64,000 nucleotides of DNA. It comes from Deltaproteobacteria bacterium. Lineage in GTDB: Bacteria; Desulfobacterota; Desulfomonilia; UBA1062. A program made the translations under genes and the position numbers. The notes beneath the pieces are model-generated. The model searched no databases. It was not told where the DNA came from and worked only from the letters and a program-made list of their open reading frames with translations. The stretch covers positions 13,794-77,793 of the forward strand of contig WFSG01000032.1 in NCBI GenBank assembly GCA_015486075.1, read 5' to 3'. This document shows, piece by piece, positions 21,617 to 30,708 of the stretch. Position 1 is the stretch's first letter, and every line of letters begins with the position of its first letter.

Positions 21617-24600
21617 GTGAGACTAAGAAGGCTGGAAATAGCTGGATTCAAATCCGTTGCGAGAAAAACAGTGCTTTCCTTTCCCGGGGCCATTACCTGT
21701 ATAGCAGGTCCCAATGGATGTGGGAAGAGCAATATTGTTGATGCCATAAGATGGGCACTGGGCGAACAATCGCCAAAGGCATTAAGGGCCCCCTCCATGG
21801 AGGACATTATATTTTCCGGAACGCAGGGCCTTCCACCTTCTGGAATGGCGAGGGTAAGCCTCGAGTTTACAAGGGATGGAGATTATTTTCCCAAGACCCT
21901 AGATGGCTTTGACGAGATTTCCATAGCAAGGTCTCTTTACAGGACCGGGGAGAGTGTATACACGCTTAACCATGTCAAATGCCGATTGAAGGACATAACA
22001 GATATATTTCTTGACACAGGCCTTGACAGGCGTGGTTATGCCATAATTGAACAGGGTAAAATAAAGGATATCATAAACTCTGACCCCGAGGAAATCCGTT
22101 ATCTAGTTGAAGAGGTGGCAGAGGTTGGAAGGCTGAGGTACAAGAAAGCAGAGGCCTCTAGGAGACTTAAGGCTACTCAGTCAAATCTGGTCAGGATACA
22201 AGACCTTCTTTCAGAGGTCTCCAGACAGAGGGACGATCTTAGGGCACAGGCAAACAAGGCAAAGAGATACCAGAAGCTAAATAACAGCCTTAACTCCATG
22301 ACCAGGGAGCTATGGGCATTCGAGCTCAGACAGCTTGGCATTGCCAGGGAGAAGCTTGAGCATAGGCTGTTTGAATTAAGGGAAAGCAAAGAGAAGAAAA
22401 CCAAGGAAATTAAATCCCGCTTAGATCTTTTGCAGAAGCTGGAAAAAGAGCTGAAGCAGGGAGGCAGGCGTTTAAAACAGCTTGAAGCCAGTGTTTTAAA
22501 GGCAAGAGCCACTCTTGATTCTACTGGGTCAAGCATAGCCATCCTGAATTCCAGACTCACCGAACTAGGTACAGAGATGAGGCGTTTGTCTGAAGATATA
22601 AAAGCGTCCACTAAAAGAGACTTGGCCCAAAGACAGGAGGCAGCCAAGCTTAAAAAAGACATATATCATGCAACGAAAGAGATCTCAAACGTGGAACATA
22701 TCGTTGTTTCAAGGCAGACCGATATACAGAGACTTAAAAATGAATACAGGAAAGTCCTTGAAGAGTACGAAGATAAAAGGGCAAGGCTTTTCGACCTCTC
22801 CGGTAGGCAAAAGGCCCTGGAACAGGACCTGATATCCACGAGGAGTCGTATGAAGGAGGCCGTAAAGGCCAGTGGACAGAAACAGGCCGAACTGGATGAA
22901 ATGAAGAGCTCTAAGGAGAGAGCAAGGGCTGAGATGTCATCCCTTGAGGATAAGAGGAGGGTGCTGGACAAAAACCTTGAGAGGATAGAAACCAGGCTTG
23001 GCGATCTGGAAGAAAGGCAGCTGCGCCTGGTCCGTGAACTGGATAACCTGATCAAAATCCTCAGAGAAAATGAAAAGGTTTACTCTGAGCTCAACGTAAA
23101 GATATCCATGCTTGATCGAATGATAGCAGAGGGCCTTGGTGTCCCCGGAGATAATGACATTGAACACAGGACTGGCACAAAGAGGGTGGCAGATTCCATA
23201 CGAGTGAAGCCTGGTTACGAGGATGCGGTTGGGAGGTCAATAGGTGATGGTCTTGGATATGTGGTTGTAGAAAGCTACGACCAGGTAAGGGAGTTAATAA
23301 AAGAGAGAAAGGCTGAGTTGGGCTTTGTCCCCCTGAAACCCAATGTGTCAAATGGTGACATGGGAAAGATTCCAGAGGTGGCAGAGATCCTGGGACCATT
23401 GAGAAATTACATAGATGTGGCCAGCGATTTTAATGAAGTGGTTGAGGCCCTTGCCAGTGGAATGGTCGTGGTCAAGGGTATAGAAGATGCCATGCGTCTG
23501 TGGGAGAAGGGATATCGGTCTGTTACAATGGTTAGCCTGGATGGCAAGGTCTTGGAACCTACTGGCGTCATAAGGTGTAACGTTGAGGGCAAAAGGTATG
23601 CCTCAGGCCTCAGAGCAAGGTCGGAGAGAGAGAACCTTCTAAGACAGAAGGACTTGGTCCGTGCAGACATGAGAGTGCTGGATGGTAAGATTGCTATTAA
23701 GCGGGCAGAGGTTGATGCCATTATACAAGAGATCGAGGGTGAGCGTAAAAGAAGGCAAGATACAAGAATTGAACTTGAGCGTATAACCATGGAGATAGGA
23801 GAAGCACGCCTGAGACTTAAGGCCATCACAGGTGATATAGGGAAAGCAGAGGTTGATATTGAAAGCTGGGATGACATGGTGAAAAGACTCTCTAACGAGC
23901 TGGAACAGAAAGAGTCTAGCAAACAGGGACTAGACTCAGAACTGGACGATCTACGGATTGAGCTTACCACTCTTGGAGGTAAAAAGGATGAACTCTATAA
24001 CAAAATGGCAGATGAAGAACACTTGCTGGAGAAAGAGTCTGCCAGAATGAGAGATATGAAGATATCCCTAGCCAGGATGGAAGAGAGGGTAAATGCTATA
24101 AACGAGGAGATTTCGAGGAAATCAGGTAATCTGGATGAGATGAAGCATATGATAAAGGATCTTGCCGTTCAGCTGAGGTCTAATAGGCAAAGATTGGGTA
24201 TACTGTCAAGGCAGAAGGGCGAAGCAGAAAGCACGATTTTAGAAATGGAGGCAGAAAGGGATAACCTAAGAGCTGGTTACAAAAAGTTAGAAGAGAGAAT
24301 TGGCCTGCTTGAGAAAGAGATACAAAGTTTAACCGCAGAGGTAGAGAGGCTTAAAAAACAGGAAAACGAGTATCTGCTGGAGCACAGGGAGAGGGATATT
24401 TCGTATAGTATGCTCCTTCAGAGACTAGAATCTAGGTTTGGCAAGAAAGAGCTAAGACTGCCGGAAGGGTTTGACCCTGAGGTAACTAAGCAAAAGATGG
24501 CCAGGATACAGAGAAGGATTGAGAACATGGGACAGATAAACTTCGTTGCCCTGGAGGCTTTTGAGGATGCCCAATCTAGGTGGGAGAGGCTTCACGTACA

Positions 24601-25129
24601 GTATCAGGACCTCAGCCAGGCCATGGAAAGGCTGCAGCAAGTCATCAATAACCTTGAGAAGCAAAGTAGTAGGAGGTTCCTGTCCACCTTTGAGAAGGTT
24701 AGGGCAAATTTCAGGGATATCTTTGGTATGCTTTTCAACGGTGGAAAGGCAGATCTTGTGCTGGCTTCGCTTGGAGATGCCGGCCAAGGTATAGAGATAA
24801 AGGCAAGTCCGCCGTTTAAACGCATAAAGAATATGTCACTTCTCTCTGACGGTGAGAAGGTCCTATGTGCAATCTCATTTGTATTTTCCCTGTTCAAAGT
24901 AAGGCCTTCCCCGTTTTGCGTACTGGACGAGGTAGATGCATCCCTGGATGAGGCAAACACCCTCAGGTTCAATCGTCTTATAAAGGCTTACTCCAAAGAC
25001 ACGCAGTTTATCATGATAACGCATAACAAGCATACAATGGAGATAGCCGATATAATATACGGTGTGACCTTTGATACCCCTGGTGTATCAAAGGTGGTGG
25101 CAATGGATTTGAAGGAAATGGATGAATAA
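21617..25129 (+). CDS. smc: Chromosome segregation protein SMC.
   Basis: N-terminal Walker A GPNGCGKSN. Long coiled coils and hinge. C-terminal LSDGEKVLCAISFVFSLF...LDEVDASLD. Confidence 0.95.
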   Translation: MRLRRLEIAGFKSVARKTVLSFPGAITCIAGPNGCGKSNIVDAIRWALGEQSPKALRAPSMEDIIFSGTQGLPPSGMARVSLEFTRDGDYFPKTLDGFDEISIARSLYRTGESVYTLNHVKCRLKDITDIFLDTGLDRRGYAIIEQGKIKDIINSDPEEIRYLVEEVAEVGRLRYKKAEASRRLKATQSNLVRIQDLLSEVSRQRDDLRAQANKAKRYQKLNNSLNSMTRELWAFELRQLGIAREKLEHRLFELRESKEKKTKEIKSRLDLLQKLEKELKQGGRRLKQLEASVLKARATLDSTGSSIAILNSRLTELGTEMRRLSEDIKASTKRDLAQRQEAAKLKKDIYHATKEISNVEHIVVSRQTDIQRLKNEYRKVLEEYEDKRARLFDLSGRQKALEQDLISTRSRMKEAVKASGQKQAELDEMKSSKERARAEMSSLEDKRRVLDKNLERIETRLGDLEERQLRLVRELDNLIKILRENEKVYSELNVKISMLDRMIAEGLGVPGDNDIEHRTGTKRVADSIRVKPGYEDAVGRSIGDGLGYVVVESYDQVRELIKERKAELGFVPLKPNVSNGDMGKIPEVAEILGPLRNYIDVASDFNEVVEALASGMVVVKGIEDAMRLWEKGYRSVTMVSLDGKVLEPTGVIRCNVEGKRYASGLRARSERENLLRQKDLVRADMRVLDGKIAIKRAEVDAIIQEIEGERKRRQDTRIELERITMEIGEARLRLKAITGDIGKAEVDIESWDDMVKRLSNELEQKESSKQGLDSELDDLRIELTTLGGKKDELYNKMADEEHLLEKESARMRDMKISLARMEERVNAINEEISRKSGNLDEMKHMIKDLAVQLRSNRQRLGILSRQKGEAESTILEMEAERDNLRAGYKKLEERIGLLEKEIQSLTAEVERLKKQENEYLLEHRERDISYSMLLQRLESRFGKKELRLPEGFDPEVTKQKMARIQRRIENMGQINFVALEAFEDAQSRWERLHVQYQDLSQAMERLQQVINNLEKQSSRRFLSTFEKVRANFRDIFGMLFNGGKADLVLASLGDAGQGIEIKASPPFKRIKNMSLLSDGEKVLCAISFVFSLFKVRPSPFCVLDEVDASLDEANTLRFNRLIKAYSKDTQFIMITHNKHTMEIADIIYGVTFDTPGVSKVVAMDLKEMDE

Positions 25130-25255
25130 TAATTCCTCAATTATGGAAAAATATTTCTCTTTAATTCTGTGTAGCCTAATTTCGTCCATATATTCAATGG
25201 GTTGTAATGTGCATGCATATTGCTATAGATTAAACGGATACAGGAAGGTGGGTAT

Positions 25256-26236
25256 ATGCCGCGCGTAATAGCAATAACATCAGGAAAGGGTGGGGTAGGA
25301 AAGAGTAACTTTGTGCTTAATGTAGGTATAGCCCTTGGCATGATGGACAATCGTGTACAACTTTTTGATGCAGATCTAGGACTTGCAAATCTAGATGTGC
25401 TAATGGGTCTAAGACCAGCCCGTACACTGGAAGACGTTGTTCTTGGGAAGTGCTCCATTGAGGAGATTATACTTAAGACCGATTACGGCGTTGAACTGAT
25501 ACCAGGGAGTTCAGGTGTGGAGGATATGGCTGATCTGCCAAGGGAACAGATTGCGGGACTTATAAAGCAGATAAGCAAGGTATCTAAGGACATCGATTTT
25601 ATCCTCGTTGATACTGCTTCTGGAATTTCTTCAACAGTGCTTTCCTTTCTACTGGGTGTACCCGAGGTCATAGTGGGTGTAGCACCTGAGCCAACTTCAT
25701 TGACCGATGCCTATGCAATGATAAAAGTGCTGACGAGGAATGGTTTCAATGGTAGGGTCTCTGTTTTTCCATCTATGGTAAAGAATAGCACCAAGGCCAG
25801 AAATCTCTACAGAAAGATTTCCTCGGCAGCGCAAAGGTTTTTAGATATGAAGGTGGATTACGCAGGCTACGTTTGCGTGGATGAAAAATTGCCACAGGCA
25901 GTGGCAGACCAGGTTCCAGCGATAGTAAGGTTTCCTACCTCTGAGGTGGCAAGATGCTACATGATGATAGCATCCACCCTGCTAAGCCAAGAAGCAGGCT
26001 CTCCAGATATGGAGAGGTTCTGGTCTAGGCTCATACAGATGATAATCAAGAGACCTAAGAGGAAGGTGCATAGCGATGTCTCCCTTGGTGGGGAAAACCG
26101 TGTAAGGTCCCTGGAAATAGCACTTCGGGACATGCTTGAAGAACAGAGGAAAACTCGTATATTACTTGAACGCCTTGTAACTAGGATGGAACAAACAAGC
26201 GAGGAACTCATCCCCAAGAAAGGTCCTGTTGTGTGA
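25256..26236 (+). CDS. MinD/ParA-family P-loop ATPase with a roughly 80-aa C-terminal extension.
   Basis: Deviant Walker A SGKGGVGKS. Whole-protein similarity pattern of MinD/FlhG-like ATPases. Confidence 0.7.
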   Translation: MPRVIAITSGKGGVGKSNFVLNVGIALGMMDNRVQLFDADLGLANLDVLMGLRPARTLEDVVLGKCSIEEIILKTDYGVELIPGSSGVEDMADLPREQIAGLIKQISKVSKDIDFILVDTASGISSTVLSFLLGVPEVIVGVAPEPTSLTDAYAMIKVLTRNGFNGRVSVFPSMVKNSTKARNLYRKISSAAQRFLDMKVDYAGYVCVDEKLPQAVADQVPAIVRFPTSEVARCYMMIASTLLSQEAGSPDMERFWSRLIQMIIKRPKRKVHSDVSLGGENRVRSLEIALRDMLEEQRKTRILLERLVTRMEQTSEELIPKKGPVV

Positions 26237-26730
26237 TAGCAACTCTTGCTACCCCATGTGGCAATATATACATATCCGGAAGAAATGGAAGTGAAGTAGA
26301 AAGGATATCTTGGATACCCCTTGAGGGTAAAGACCACGCAGGTAATCTCGATTGGGCCCTAGAAGACCTGCATAAGTATTTTAGCGGTAAATCCCAAGTC
26401 TTTACAGGCGTTGTTGACTTTCGCGAAAATGGTGTTGTCTGGACCAACTCAGATAATGCATGTCCTCCCAGGAATAGGTTGCAACAGATCCTTTTTCTCA
26501 TATCCAGGATACCCTATGGTAACACCGTGACGTACGGCGAGCTTGCTTACTCTGTAGGTGGTATACATTACTCCAGGTTTGTTGGCCAGGTGTGTAGGCT
26601 CAATCCTCTTCCAGTTGTTATTCCCTGTCACAGGGTTGTTGCCAGGAATTCTCTAGGAGGATATGCTTACGGCATTAAGAAAAAGATATGCTTGTTGGAG
26701 ATTGAGGGAATAACGATAAAATATGTATAA
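26233..26730 (+). CDS. ogt: Methylated-DNA-protein-cysteine methyltransferase (Ogt/MGMT family).
   Basis: IPYGNTVTYGELA...PCHRVV active-site motif. GTG start overlaps the upstream stop (GTGA). Confidence 0.75.
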   Translation: MIATLATPCGNIYISGRNGSEVERISWIPLEGKDHAGNLDWALEDLHKYFSGKSQVFTGVVDFRENGVVWTNSDNACPPRNRLQQILFLISRIPYGNTVTYGELAYSVGGIHYSRFVGQVCRLNPLPVVIPCHRVVARNSLGGYAYGIKKKICLLEIEGITIKYV

Positions 26731-26777
26731 CAAGATATATATTTGACAAGACATACTTAATATGTTTAATTTTATTT

Positions 26778-27584
26778 TTGCAGGTTTTTCCTATATGGCC
26801 TATGCAGGATTTGATCCAGAATAGGTGGGCAGGTGTTGGAATGCTAAGGCAACTTATTGGGAATGTGGAGGATAACGACCGGCGTAAGATAGTAACTAGT
26901 GTTGTTATTGGCGTTGCCTTTATAGCGGTAGAGGTAGAACACAGCCAAGTAGGCCTGTGTGCAAATATAGCTTATACAGACAAGGGTGGATGCAATGTGT
27001 TCGAGATGGCGGGCAGGCTAGCTGGTTCTTCCGTGGAAGAGATATTTGGTCTTGCCACTGAGTATGGTTATGTTTCAAGGTCTATTGCGTTGGCTGCCGT
27101 TAATGCCATTGGTGATGCCTGCCTTGGTAGCATAGATGGTGATATCCTGGATGTTCTTGATCTCAGTGGTACTCGGGTGGCAGTAATAGGTTTGATAGAG
27201 CCAGTTGTGGAGGCGCTTGAACGCAAGGGGTGTGAGATCAGTGTTTTCGATAAGAGAAACATGACGCATCCTCTCATAAGACCTGTAGAGGAAATGAAAA
27301 AGTACGTATCGGATGCTACTTTCGTTATAATTACAGCCACTACTATTATAAATGATACACTTACGGAAATCTTGCACCTATCGAGAAATGCCAAAGATGT
27401 AATACTAATGGGACCCACAACGCCAATGCATGGCCAGGTTTTTAAAGCTGCAGGTGTAACATGGCTTGCAGGCTCAAAGGTGCTTGATGGTCGTAAGGCA
27501 ATGCAGATCGTTATGGAGGGTGGGGGTACTAGGGCCTTGTACAGATTAGGGGCAGTAAAGAAGGTAATCCAGAGGGTAGCATAA
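26778..27584 (+). CDS. DUF4213/DUF364 Rossmann-like domain protein (putative metal-chelation family, often linked to cofactor biosynthesis).
   Basis: Overall pattern of the DUF364 family (GD..LD...G.RVAVIG..EP....L...G.E..V.D.). Lies directly upstream of moaA. Alternative start at 26841. Confidence 0.55.
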   Translation: MQVFPIWPMQDLIQNRWAGVGMLRQLIGNVEDNDRRKIVTSVVIGVAFIAVEVEHSQVGLCANIAYTDKGGCNVFEMAGRLAGSSVEEIFGLATEYGYVSRSIALAAVNAIGDACLGSIDGDILDVLDLSGTRVAVIGLIEPVVEALERKGCEISVFDKRNMTHPLIRPVEEMKKYVSDATFVIITATTIINDTLTEILHLSRNAKDVILMGPTTPMHGQVFKAAGVTWLAGSKVLDGRKAMQIVMEGGGTRALYRLGAVKKVIQRVA

Positions 27585-28571
27585 ATGGAAAACTTTTACG
27601 ACTCTTACGGTAGGAGGATTAGGTATATAAGGCTTTCTGTTACTGATAGGTGTAATTTTAGATGTCGCTACTGCATGCCAATGACAGGTATAAAATGGAT
27701 TCCCCATGAAGCTATCATGCGTTACGAGGAACTTCTCAGGATGATTCGTATATGCGCATCACGTGGCGTTGACAAGATAAGGGTAACAGGTGGAGAGCCA
27801 CTTGTTAGGAAAGATATAGTTATGTTCTTGGAAAAACTCAGGTATATAGACGGTATAAATGACGTGTCCCTCACAACAAATGGGTTTTTCCTGGATCATC
27901 TTGCAAGAGATATAAGGAGTGCAGGCATAACTAGGATAAACATCAGTCTTGACACACTTGATAGGGAAAAATTTGTGTATATTACAGGTGTTGATGGATT
28001 TGGAAGGGTGGTGAAGGGCATTATGCGTGCACTGGAATCGGGTTTTGATCCAGTGAAGATAAACGTGGTTACCATGAGGGGTTTCAACGACGATGAATTT
28101 GTAGATTTTGCCGAGTTGACCCTAAATCTGGACATAGAGGTACGTTTCATAGAATTAATGCCCATTGGACCTGGTCTTGAAATGGGCAAGCAAGACATAA
28201 TAACAAAGGCCGAGGTAAGGTCATTGATAGAACAGGCCTATGGCCCCCTTGAGTCTTTGCCCCCTGGTGTTGGCCCGGCTAGCGTCTTCAAGATTAGGGG
28301 AGCTAAGGGTAGACTGGGGTTTATAGCACCTATGAGTGACCATACATTTTGCAGCAGGTGTAACCGTATTCGTATCACAGCCGATGGTCATATGAAACCT
28401 TGCCTGTTTGCGGACAAGACGCTGGATCTCCTCACCCCAATGCGGGAAGGGATATCTGATGAGGAACTGGAATCGTTGATTGAGCGTGGCATAAAAAATA
28501 AACCAGAGTCATACATGGCCTTGGGCGATGCTAAGCCAGGGGATTTAATAATGAGCTCAATCGGTGGCTAG
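27585..28571 (+). CDS. moaA: GTP 3',8-cyclase MoaA.
   Basis: Radical SAM CNFRCRYCMP, second cluster C..C...C near the C-terminus (CSRCNRIRITADG). Confidence 0.9.
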   Translation: MENFYDSYGRRIRYIRLSVTDRCNFRCRYCMPMTGIKWIPHEAIMRYEELLRMIRICASRGVDKIRVTGGEPLVRKDIVMFLEKLRYIDGINDVSLTTNGFFLDHLARDIRSAGITRINISLDTLDREKFVYITGVDGFGRVVKGIMRALESGFDPVKINVVTMRGFNDDEFVDFAELTLNLDIEVRFIELMPIGPGLEMGKQDIITKAEVRSLIEQAYGPLESLPPGVGPASVFKIRGAKGRLGFIAPMSDHTFCSRCNRIRITADGHMKPCLFADKTLDLLTPMREGISDEELESLIERGIKNKPESYMALGDAKPGDLIMSSIGG

Positions 28572-28596
28572 AAAGTAGTGCTCCCTAAAACAAAAG

Positions 28597-28947
28597 TTAT
28601 GGTGAAGGCTTTATAGAATCCAGGAATTCACTATATTGATAATAGTCTTCCTTGAACAATATCCTGTTTGTGTTAAGGAATAAGAGGCCTGATGCCTTTT
28701 CTTCTGAGTTTTCACCCATTGACCACACAACCTTACAGTATAATGATATCCGGGGACGTTCCATTGGTACCTCAAGCTGTACCCTTACCACGGATCCCAC
28801 AGGCAGATTGCTACCCGATACACCTAGCCCTCCCTTGCTAGCATTTATTATATGGACTTGGTGCTTTGAATCTCTTAGCTCTACGGTACCTGTGACATGC
28901 TCCAAAAATTTTCTCAGGTATGTCCTACGTTCCTTTGAATAACCCAT
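28597..28947 (-). CDS. Single-domain PilZ (c-di-GMP-binding) protein.
   Basis: RxxxR (RRTYLR) and N-x-S-x-x-G (INASKGGLG) motifs that define PilZ. Confidence 0.6.
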   Translation of the reverse strand: MGYSKERRTYLRKFLEHVTGTVELRDSKHQVHIINASKGGLGVSGSNLPVGSVVRVQLEVPMERPRISLYCKVVWSMGENSEEKASGLLFLNTNRILFKEDYYQYSEFLDSIKPSP

Positions 28948-29035
28948 TATGTATTTGGATAAGGTAAAAGGGCATTAGTGTCAAGATAATAACGACTTTG
29001 TCCTTGCTGCCACGGGTAACGCCAAGCACTGTGAA

Positions 29036-29470
29036 TCATGCATTGTGTGATAAGACCGGGTGCTGATGCGAATACTCCCCGGTTGTTATAACAACCTGCT
29101 TTGCAAGCCTTTGCTCCGGGTTTATGATTATTGGTCCCAGGAGATTCACTGTCATTTTCTCTGGTCTGTTCCTCGGTATTGTGACAATGCAAAGTACCTC
29201 CAGTGCTGAAGGATCTTTGGTCCTTAATTCATCCATTACCTGTTTTTCGATCTCAACACTGTACTCGGGCATGACTATCTTCGGCTGTATCAAAACAAAT
29301 GCAAGGGCCCCATCTTCCAGGTTCTGTAGCCATATGAAAGGTGAATTCTCATCATGAGGGATCATTATAAAGCGCCTGGACCGTGTGAATCCCAGTAGGC
29401 CCTCAGGGAAGTACAGAACCTTATCCTCGTTGACCTCAATCTTGCCAAAACGTGATGTTGCTATTTCCAA
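29036..29470 (-). CDS. fliW: Flagellar assembly factor FliW.
   Basis: Typical FliW sequence (FPEGLLGF...FIWLQ...LAFVLIQP) and size (144 aa). Confidence 0.85.
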   Translation of the reverse strand: MEIATSRFGKIEVNEDKVLYFPEGLLGFTRSRRFIMIPHDENSPFIWLQNLEDGALAFVLIQPKIVMPEYSVEIEKQVMDELRTKDPSALEVLCIVTIPRNRPEKMTVNLLGPIIINPEQRLAKQVVITTGEYSHQHPVLSHNA

Positions 29471-29481
29471 TCTTCATCCCC

Positions 29482-30570
29482 CTATATATAATCCGCAAGG
29501 CTTAACTGTGTTATCATGGAAGCGCTCTTGAGTGTGGCCTGATATATTGTTTGCTGGTTCTGCAGAGATGTGATTGCATCTGCATAGTCTAGGTCCTCTA
29601 TGTCTGAAACACGCTCTGTTGTATCTGCCTCGGCCTTGGCTAGTACTGATTTGGTGTGATCCAATCTGTTTACCCTTGCTCCCACTGTAGCTAGGTTGTT
29701 GAGGATTACCTGTTCAGAATCGTGGATTTTATCCATCTGCGTCCTGATTGCATCCGCATCGTTGTTTCTTAGTGCCTTTTCCAAATTAAGGAGTGTCATA
29801 ACCACGTCACCCTGTGGATCCCTGAACAGGCTATCCCCTGTAAGGTTTATCTTTATCGTGTCTGTCTTGCCTATCTTAACCGAGAGTGCTCCCTGATTAC
29901 CCTTGTATTCCTCTATCCAATCATTACTGCTTGAGTCGTAGACATACAGCTTATCCTGGTCAGTAACCACGACCCCGGTGCCATTGTCAGGTATGCCCAT
30001 GTCCTGCCAAGTACTACCATTGTATTCGTATATGTGCTTGTCGGTAGTGTTTATATATCGCTCTCCATTCGAAGGGCTCCCTGGAGCCGAGCTTGATATA
30101 GTAGCCACATCGTTATCAAGGCTGGTAACGTTCAAGAATGGGGACTGCTGCGTCTGTGTACCTCCAAACATAAATTTATTTCCATATTTAGAGTTTGCTA
30201 GGCTTATCAGTTGATTTTTTATCTCAGCCACTTCATCGGCAGCACCGTTTCTTGTATCTGCCGTTGCACTGGCAGATGCCTGGGATGTTGCGAGTTCCAA
30301 TGCCCTCCCTAGGAGATTATCTACATCCTGCAGTATTGCATCTGTTCTTGAAAGCCATCCATTTGCCATGTCGATGGATCTGCTAAATTGCCCAAATGCA
30401 TTAAGGTCACTACGGTATATTAGAACATTAGCCATGCCGACAGGGTCATCGGATGGCCGTTCAATACGCTTTCCAGATGATATCTGGTTATTGAGTTTGA
30501 ATAGTTTCTCTGTGTTGGAGTCGATATCCTTTATTAGCTGATAGTATAGAAACCTGTTACTTACTCTCAT
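29482..30570 (-). CDS. flgL: Flagellar hook-associated protein 3 FlgL (flagellin-family N/C helices).
   Basis: N-terminus MRVSN...GKRIERPSDDP and C-terminal flagellin-type helix (LQNQQTIYQATL). Confidence 0.8.
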   Translation of the reverse strand: MRVSNRFLYYQLIKDIDSNTEKLFKLNNQISSGKRIERPSDDPVGMANVLIYRSDLNAFGQFSRSIDMANGWLSRTDAILQDVDNLLGRALELATSQASASATADTRNGAADEVAEIKNQLISLANSKYGNKFMFGGTQTQQSPFLNVTSLDNDVATISSSAPGSPSNGERYINTTDKHIYEYNGSTWQDMGIPDNGTGVVVTDQDKLYVYDSSSNDWIEEYKGNQGALSVKIGKTDTIKINLTGDSLFRDPQGDVVMTLLNLEKALRNNDADAIRTQMDKIHDSEQVILNNLATVGARVNRLDHTKSVLAKAEADTTERVSDIEDLDYADAITSLQNQQTIYQATLKSASMITQLSLADYI

Positions 30571-30580
30571 ATATATTTCC

Positions 30581-30608
30581 TTATCGGCATCGTTGTTTCT
30601 ACCCTTTA
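30581..30608 (-). promoter_or_regulatory. Sigma-28 (FliA)-type promoter, TAAA-N16-GCCGATAA, upstream of flgL.
   Basis: Reverse complement reads cgTAAAgggtagaaacaacgatGCCGATAAggaaatatatATG. Exact match to the -10 octamer. Only about 10 nt separate it from the ATG. Confidence 0.45.
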
Positions 30609-30708
30609 CGAGAAAGCAAGCGATCTGCCACTGCGATTGAATAACGTATTTAAGGGATTGTCTTGAATGATTTGTGGATAAAAATGCCCTTTGCGCGGTA
30701 GACTTTTC

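Noticed and set aside
22177-23970. Three antisense ORFs (161, 129 and 187 aa) inside smc.
   Set aside because: Ser/Leu/Cys-rich low-complexity translations of the antisense strand of a coiled-coil coding region. They lie fully inside a confidently called essential gene, and have no start context.
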